NCBI GenBank assembly: GCA_016933055.1
Contig: JAFGBS010000028.1
Location: 1-32,000, forward strand
Direction of reading: 5' to 3'
Length of the DNA: 32,000 bases
Source: Promethearchaeota archaeon
GTDB lineage: Archaea; Asgardarchaeota; Lokiarchaeia; Sigyniarchaeales; Promethearchaeaceae
In this document: piece by piece, positions 25,782-32,000 of the stretch
Numbering within the stretch: position 1 is the first letter of the stretch
How the letters are laid out: every line of letters begins with the position of its first letter
Position numbers and translations under genes: made by a program
The notes under the pieces: model-generated
Databases searched by the model: none
What the model saw: the letters and a program-made list of their open reading frames with translations, nothing else
What the model was told of the DNA's origin: nothing

Positions 25782-26990
25782 ATGATTTCTCTTGATGCAT
25801 TGAAAGCTAGGAGACCTGCGATTCTTGCTTTAAAAGATGGCAGAATCTTTTATGGTGATGGATTTGGCAGCACTTCTAAAGCATCTGGGGAAGTGGTATT
25901 CACAACTTTCACTGCAGCGGGTTATAATTGTGCATTGACTGATCCCTCAAATCATGGTCAAATTTATGCATTAACTTACCCTTTAGTTGGGAATTATGGA
26001 GTCCCTCCGTGGGAGAAGGATGAATTTGGGATACATAAATGGTTTGAAAGCGATTCTATTAGATGTTCAGGCTTTGTGGTACATGAGAAATGTAATTATC
26101 CTTCTCATTACCAATCAAAAAAATCAATCAATGAATTTTTGATGGAAGAAAATATTCCTGGAATCGAGGGAATCGATACTCGAGAACTCACGAAAATACT
26201 CCGATCTGAGGGAGTGCAACCGGGAATATTACAAGTATACGAATCTGAAGATGATGTTCCCGAAGAAAGTGAAATTCTAAGTGAATTACGACATGTTGAA
26301 GATCCCAACCATCGTCATCTTGTTCAAGAAGTCAGTACAGATACATCAGTTGTGTTCAATAGCAGAATTACAATTGGAACAGTAGTAGTTGTAGATTGTG
26401 GAATTAAAAACAATATACTTCGTGAGCTCATTAAGAGAAATCTAAAAGTGGTAGTGCTCCCTTTTTATAGCTCGTATCAAGAGATCATGCACTACAATCC
26501 CGATGGTGTTTTAATTAGCAATGGACCTGGAGATCCTAAAAAATGTACTGAAACTATTCATATGGTTGAACTATTAATCGAAAATTCTATACCAACAATG
26601 GGAATATGTCTCGGTAATCAAATTCTAGGATTGGCAGCGGGTGGAGAAACATACAAACTAAAATATGGACACCGAGGGGGCAATAAGCCTGTGATAGATA
26701 AAAGAACGGGGAGAGCATATATCACAAGTCAAAATCACGGCTTTGCTTTGGATACTGAATCCTTAAAATATTCACATTCGGGATTTCAACCACTTTTTGA
26801 AAATGCGGATGACCTGACAAATGAAGGAATTTTCCATCCCAAAAAACCGATTTTCTCTGTTCAATTCCATCCAGAAGGTTATCCGGGACCTGCAGATACT
26901 ACTTTTTTGTTCAAAGAGTTTTTACAGAATATGGCTGTTCAAGCATTTACACATCGCAGCCCTTATAACGGAAATGGAGGGCATCCTTGA
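25782..26990 (+). CDS. carA: Carbamoyl-phosphate synthase small (glutaminase) subunit
   Basis: LTDPS, GIEGIDTR.LT, SNGPGDP, nucleophile GICLG, TSQNHG, VQFHPE. Confidence 0.97.
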   Translation: MISLDALKARRPAILALKDGRIFYGDGFGSTSKASGEVVFTTFTAAGYNCALTDPSNHGQIYALTYPLVGNYGVPPWEKDEFGIHKWFESDSIRCSGFVVHEKCNYPSHYQSKKSINEFLMEENIPGIEGIDTRELTKILRSEGVQPGILQVYESEDDVPEESEILSELRHVEDPNHRHLVQEVSTDTSVVFNSRITIGTVVVVDCGIKNNILRELIKRNLKVVVLPFYSSYQEIMHYNPDGVLISNGPGDPKKCTETIHMVELLIENSIPTMGICLGNQILGLAAGGETYKLKYGHRGGNKPVIDKRTGRAYITSQNHGFALDTESLKYSHSGFQPLFENADDLTNEGIFHPKKPIFSVQFHPEGYPGPADTTFLFKEFLQNMAVQAFTHRSPYNGNGGHP

Positions 26991-29900
26991 ATGTCCCTAG
27001 ATAAAAATATCAAGCGAGTACTAGTACTAGGTTCTGGGGCGATACGCATAGGTCAAGCGGGAGAATTCGACTATTCAGGTTCCCAGGTTCTGAAAGCTTT
27101 GAAGGAAGAGGGCATTTATACTATATTAATCAATCCCAATATCGCAACCATTCAAACCGATCCCAACCTTGCAGATCAAACATATCTTCTCCCTATCACC
27201 GCTGAATTTGTAGAATTAGTCATTGAGAAAGAAAATCCTGACAGCATTATGCTTTCGTTTGGAGGACAGACTGCTCTTAACGTGGGAGTACAATTGTTTG
27301 AAAAAGGAATATTGGAAAAATATAATATTAAGGTACTGGGAACCCCTATTCAAGCAATTAAAGACACAGAAGATCGTGAATTATTCCGACAATCCATGAT
27401 CGAATGTGGAATTGGAATTTGCAAATCTGCAACCGCATCCACAAAGGATGAAGCATGGAAAATTGCTAACGAAATCGGATTTCCAATTATGATTCGGGTA
27501 GCATATACTCTCGGTGGTCAAGGTTCTGGTGTAGCGCATAATGTGAAAGATTTTGAAGAACTTGTTGATAAGGCGTTAGCTCAGTCGGTGATCTCGCAAA
27601 TCTTAATCGAAGAATATGTTGGAGGATGGAAAGAAATCGAATATGAAGTCATTCGGGATGTGAATGATAATACAATCACGATTTGTAACATGGAAAACGT
27701 GGATCCGGTTGGTATCCATACAGGAGAATCCATTGTTATTGCTCCGAGCCAAACTTTAACTAATAATGAATATCAAATGCTTCGTACCGCTTCAATTAGG
27801 GCAATTAAACACATCGGAATAATTGGGGAATGTAATATACAATACGCACTAAATCCAGAATCCAATCGGTTTATTGCAATTGAAGTCAACGCCCGATTAA
27901 GTAGAAGCTCTGCCTTGGCCAGTAAGGCAACTGGATATCCTCTTGCTTATATTGCGGCAAAATTGGCCTTAGGTTATACCCTTGTGGAATTAAAAAATAA
28001 GGTCACGAACATCACTACTGCATGTTTCGAACCTGCCTTGGATTATGTCGCAATTAAAATTCCACGTTGGAATTTAGAGAAGTTTCGACGGGTTTCTCGT
28101 CGAATTGGAACCCAGATGAAAAGTGTAGGGGAAGTTATGGGGATAGGTAGGACATTTGAAGAAGCCCTCCAGAAATCCGCTAGAATGTTAAATATCGGAA
28201 TGAGGGGGTTGGTGAACAATGATCTGGAATCAGAATGGATGTCTATGTCATCGGATGAGTTAAGATATGAACTAGCTCATCCCACAGATATTCGGGTCTT
28301 CCTTATTCCCATTGCCCTAAAGAAAGGGCTCAGTATTACCGAAATATATGAATTGACTAAAATTGATAAGTGGTTTTTGCATAAAATACAGCATATTGTG
28401 GATATTGAAGCCATGCTAAGGGAAATCACAGAGAATACTCCTGATTCATTGAAATCTAAAGCATTCCGTTATGCGAAGCGATATGGGTTTTCTGATGGGC
28501 AGATTAGCCGATGTTTAAATTTGGATTCCTATGAGGTGAGAAGATATCGGCATAAGCACCTAATCTATCCAGTTACAAAGCAAATCGACACTTTAGCAGC
28601 GGAATGGGACGCATCCACAAATTACCTATATTTAACCTATGGAGGAGATACAGATGATCTCTCCTATGAAACAAAAGAAGAACGTTTTAGTTCTATAGCA
28701 GAGAGTCGAAAAAAGAGAATTATTGTACTAGGATCGGGGGTATATCGCATAGGTTCCTCAGTCGAATTTGATTGGGGATGCGTAAATATGGTTAATGCAT
28801 TGCGTTCTAATGGGGTTGATGAGGTTATCATGATCAATTATAACCCTGAGACCGTTAGTACGGATTATGATGAAAGTGATAAACTATATTTTGAAGAATT
28901 AAGTGCTGAACGAATATTAGATATAGTCCATAAGGAATACCCTAACGGGATAATTACATCAGTGGGTGGACAAATTGGGAATAATATAACACATGAATTC
29001 ACTAAATACCATCAGGCCTATGAAGCTGGTGGTATTCGGATATTGGGGACCTCAGGAGAAGATATTGACAACGCAGAAAATCGTATGAAATTCGGAAAAA
29101 TTATAGATAAACTAGGAATAAACCAACCACGTTGGGCAGAATTACGAGAACTTAAAGATGCAGTTTCATTCACCGAAGAAATAGGCTATCCAGTTCTCGT
29201 ACGTCCCTCCTATGTCTTATCTGGAGCAGCGATGCGAGTTGCAGACAATGAACAGGAACTAATGGATTTCCTTCAACTAGCTGCGGTAGTTTCGAAAGAC
29301 AATCCTGTCGTAATCACGAAATTTTACTCTGATGCTCGAGAAATTGAGTGTGATGGTGTTGGAGATGGAGAAAACGTCTTTATTGCTGCTGTTGTAGAAC
29401 ACATCGAAAATGCAGGAGTTCATTCAGGTGATGCGACCATGTGTTTACCCGCACCTTCCCTTCCATTTAAAATGTGGGAGAAAATTCAGAATATTACCAA
29501 GCGAATTGCTCTAGCTATGAATGTAAAGGGACCATTCAATATTCAATTTCTAGTACGTGGTCCAAAGATTTATGTGATTGAGATGAATTTGCGTTCCTCT
29601 CGGTCAATGCCCTTTGTTTCTAAATCGATTGGCATAAATATAATCAAATTAGCAGCAAAAGTAATTATGGGGGGGAATATACCTCATGAATTGTTAAAAC
29701 ACTCTATACCTCCATATGACGTAATAAAGGTGCCACAATTCTCTTTTATGCGATTAGATGGAGCAGATCCAATATTAAGTGTTGAAATGGTGTCAACAGG
29801 GGAGGTGGCTTGTGTAGGGGAAAATTTTCCAGATGCTCTAATTAAATCCATGATCGCAGCGGAATTTAATGTCCCAATTGAAGCTGGAAATATATTGATC

Positions 29901-30353
29901 ACCGTTGCTGGACAAGATCTAAAACAAGCGATTATTCCTTCTGCAAAACGACTTCAACAATTAGGTCACAAAATTTATGCAACTCGTCATACGGCAGATG
30001 TGTTAATTTCTAATGGAATAAATGCAGAAATTTTGCATAAAGTAAGAGAACCAGAGAAGAAACCCAACATTATGGATTCCATCTTGAATCGTGAACTGTC
30101 TCTAGTTATCAACATTCCACAAGCACATAACAATCCCGAGAATTCTTATATTACAGAAGACGAATATATGATTCGTCGAAAAGCAGTGGAATTCAACATA
30201 CCTGTGATTACCAACATACAGATGCTGGAGTCATTGGTAGAAGCCTTGACTGATCTCTATGATAGAGGGATAAAGAGTGTATCCGAATATTATAAGAATG
30301 TATCTGTGAAATCATTGCATGATTATAATCAATATGTAAATACCTATTGGTAG
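26991..30353 (+). CDS. carB: Carbamoyl-phosphate synthase large subunit
   Basis: GSGAIRIGQAGEFDYSG, two ATP-grasp domains (HTGES; RPSYVLSG, HSGDA) and a C-terminal MGS domain. Confidence 0.98.
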   Translation: MSLDKNIKRVLVLGSGAIRIGQAGEFDYSGSQVLKALKEEGIYTILINPNIATIQTDPNLADQTYLLPITAEFVELVIEKENPDSIMLSFGGQTALNVGVQLFEKGILEKYNIKVLGTPIQAIKDTEDRELFRQSMIECGIGICKSATASTKDEAWKIANEIGFPIMIRVAYTLGGQGSGVAHNVKDFEELVDKALAQSVISQILIEEYVGGWKEIEYEVIRDVNDNTITICNMENVDPVGIHTGESIVIAPSQTLTNNEYQMLRTASIRAIKHIGIIGECNIQYALNPESNRFIAIEVNARLSRSSALASKATGYPLAYIAAKLALGYTLVELKNKVTNITTACFEPALDYVAIKIPRWNLEKFRRVSRRIGTQMKSVGEVMGIGRTFEEALQKSARMLNIGMRGLVNNDLESEWMSMSSDELRYELAHPTDIRVFLIPIALKKGLSITEIYELTKIDKWFLHKIQHIVDIEAMLREITENTPDSLKSKAFRYAKRYGFSDGQISRCLNLDSYEVRRYRHKHLIYPVTKQIDTLAAEWDASTNYLYLTYGGDTDDLSYETKEERFSSIAESRKKRIIVLGSGVYRIGSSVEFDWGCVNMVNALRSNGVDEVIMINYNPETVSTDYDESDKLYFEELSAERILDIVHKEYPNGIITSVGGQIGNNITHEFTKYHQAYEAGGIRILGTSGEDIDNAENRMKFGKIIDKLGINQPRWAELRELKDAVSFTEEIGYPVLVRPSYVLSGAAMRVADNEQELMDFLQLAAVVSKDNPVVITKFYSDAREIECDGVGDGENVFIAAVVEHIENAGVHSGDATMCLPAPSLPFKMWEKIQNITKRIALAMNVKGPFNIQFLVRGPKIYVIEMNLRSSRSMPFVSKSIGINIIKLAAKVIMGGNIPHELLKHSIPPYDVIKVPQFSFMRLDGADPILSVEMVSTGEVACVGENFPDALIKSMIAAEFNVPIEAGNILITVAGQDLKQAIIPSAKRLQQLGHKIYATRHTADVLISNGINAEILHKVREPEKKPNIMDSILNRELSLVINIPQAHNNPENSYITEDEYMIRRKAVEFNIPVITNIQMLESLVEALTDLYDRGIKSVSEYYKNVSVKSLHDYNQYVNTYW

Positions 30354-30455
30354 AACCTATAATAATGAACTGTCAAAATAACACAATATCCTAAGAAATC
30401 AAAGGAGAATGGGAGATAATTACTACTTGAAACTAAAAAAAAAGACTCCATTAAT

Positions 30456-30957
30456 TTATTCTTCCCAATATAGATGCAAACCACACTTTGGACAAAGTTT
30501 TGATCGGATTGGGGTTAATTGACTACAGATAGGACATTTTCAGCAGCCCTAGCTTGTGGGAAAGGATTTTTATTAATGGGTTTGGGACGGTGGTTTGAGA
30601 TGTCCCTACAGGTTTTGTAACATGTTTGTCATTAAGATAATTAATGAAATGCACTACCTTATTCTTTATTTCATTAACTAAACCATTTGCATCCATTACT
30701 AATACGACTGGGCAGACTCCAAGGGGTACGTAAAAATACTTATCCGAAGGTAAAAAATTAAGTAACAACCCCATCATGATGAACAATGAAATTGCCGTCA
30801 ATATAAAAATTCCAATTAGCTCCGCAATAGGAGGCTTACTGAATTTTTGTTTATATTCCCCACATTCCCCCATTCTCAATTGCATAATATCCTTTATTTC
30901 AAATTTTTCTTTGACGGCTTTATTCTTGTTCATGCTTGAGATTATGTCGATTTGCAT
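30456..30957 (-). pseudogene. Two-TM membrane protein with C-terminal zinc ribbon, split by a +1 frameshift at AAAA 30537-30540
   Basis: Frame 0 ends ...GLLKMSYL*. Removing one A gives ...GLLK-CPICSQLTPIRSKLCPKCGLHLYWEE* with the stop at 30456-30458. Confidence 0.65.
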
Positions 30958-31037
30958 CTAGAAATATATTTTGAAATATGATTTTGTCACTAGAGTGAGA
31001 AAGGGGAACCTCCACTTATTTAATGTAGGGAATAAAT

Positions 31038-32000
31038 TCATTGAAATATTGAAGTATCAATGCTCACTTCTTTGCCTGTTCGACTGGATTCGTAAATTGC
31101 ATCAATTACTGCAGTAATTTTCAAACTTTCTTTACCAGTAGCATTGAATGGTTTGTTTCTCATTACGTAACTTATAAAAGCATCTACAATTTTCCCGTAA
31201 CTTAGTAGACCTTTAGCATCTAATGGATATTTTTTACGTTTAACTCGTTGCCATTTCACTTGTGAAAAAATAGAACCTCTAAACAAAATATTTCCTTTTT
31301 CTCCAAATATGCTGATGTGAGTACCTGCTCCAGGGTCATTAGCTGCGGAACTGAGAACTTGAGCGATAGCTCCACTCTCAAACTCAATTAATCCCATTCC
31401 AACATCTTCCACTTCAATATCATGTCTTCGAGTGGCAATTTTCCCACTTACTGAAACTGGAGTACCTAATGCCCAGATAAGTATGTCAATGAAATGTATA
31501 GCATGAGTCATTAATGTCCCCCCTCCCGCTGTTTCGAGTTTTCCGCGCCATGGGCTTGACTCGTAATAATTTTTGGTTCGTTTCCATGGAACATTTACTG
31601 TACCATACATAATCTTTCCAAGATGCCCATCTTGAACAGCTCGAGCCATATTCACTGCTTGAGGATTATATCGGTTTTGAAAGTCAACTCCTATTTTTAC
31701 GCCTTCTTTTTCTGCCTTGTTTACAATACGGATCGCATCGTCCAATTTCGTTGTTAAGGGTTTTTCTATGAAAATGTTGATATTGTTATCGATTGCATCA
31801 TCCATCATAGATGTATGCGTAAAATGAGGAGTTGCAATATATACAGCATCGATATCCTTGCAGTAGTCTTCATAAAACTCATCGGTTGAACAACAATAGG
31901 GGGTTCCCAATTTTTCGCTCCATTTCTTTGCAGATTCCTCGTTTATATCAACAATACATGCCAGTTTAGCCCGTTTGTTCCTTTGAATCATAAATTGGAC
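31038..32000 (-). CDS. Gfo/Idh/MocA family oxidoreductase, 5'-truncated by the window edge
   Basis: DAVYIATPHFTH, IEKP, GGGTLMTHAIHFID, VEDVG. The frame is open to the window edge and the N-terminal GxG motif is missing. Confidence 0.92.
   Translation of the reverse strand, partial: VQFMIQRNKRAKLACIVDINEESAKKWSEKLGTPYCCSTDEFYEDYCKDIDAVYIATPHFTHTSMMDDAIDNNINIFIEKPLTTKLDDAIRIVNKAEKEGVKIGVDFQNRYNPQAVNMARAVQDGHLGKIMYGTVNVPWKRTKNYYESSPWRGKLETAGGGTLMTHAIHFIDILIWALGTPVSVSGKIATRRHDIEVEDVGMGLIEFESGAIAQVLSSAANDPGAGTHISIFGEKGNILFRGSIFSQVKWQRVKRKKYPLDAKGLLSYGKIVDAFISYVMRNKPFNATGKESLKITAVIDAIYESSRTGKEVSIDTSIFQ

Noticed and set aside
25860-25980. CarA N-terminal motif variant VFTTFTAAGYNCALTDPSN versus the usual VFNTGMTGYQE.LTDPSY
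   Set aside because: The catalytic Cys, His, Glu and the TDPS serine are intact, so this is most likely lineage-specific divergence.
1643-30961. Numerous antisense or overlapping ORFs in the track (e.g. 1643-1948, 5655-6089, 16686-17462, 18396-18896, 22419-22889, 25074-25409, 29684-29902)
   Set aside because: They are shadows of well-supported genes on the other strand or frame and have no recognisable motifs.
1-32000. CRISPR array, transposase, integrase, selenoprotein or SECIS
   Set aside because: No regularly spaced repeats, no recombinase motifs and no in-frame TGA within a conserved gene were seen.

Overview
Low-GC, archaeal-style chromosomal window, most likely from an Asgard archaeon (Lokiarchaeia/Promethearchaeia-like). 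The inference rests on two tandem gelsolin-like genes, an archaeal-type tRNA-Leu(CAG) without encoded CCA, and TATA-like promoters with GGTGA/GGAGG ribosome-binding sites. Most content is metabolic or housekeeping: an AprA/AprB-like flavoprotein plus ferredoxin, a PRTase, an SLC13/ArsB-type permease, three GNATs, a YhhN-family protein, an amidohydrolase/GPH-transporter/enolase-superfamily cluster, a P2-type ATPase, a PIG-L deacetylase, an acyl-CoA ligase and crotonase, an SDR, carAB and a partial Gfo/Idh/MocA gene. The most unusual part is 3.8-5.1 kb: an RHH-like antitoxin and Doc toxin pair followed by a GC-enriched, multi-hairpin non-coding element of about 280 nt. This element is rich in G-U pairs on the + strand, may form a pseudoknot, and is bracketed by palindromic CTTTCAYGA repeats. 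Other items of note are a P-type ATPase with PSGLP instead of PEGLP, an enolase-superfamily enzyme with a remodelled active site, an unannotated 31-aa membrane peptide, and three single-base lesions (missing start codon, in-frame TAA, +1 frameshift). All calls come from reading motifs by eye; no database searches or folding programs were run.
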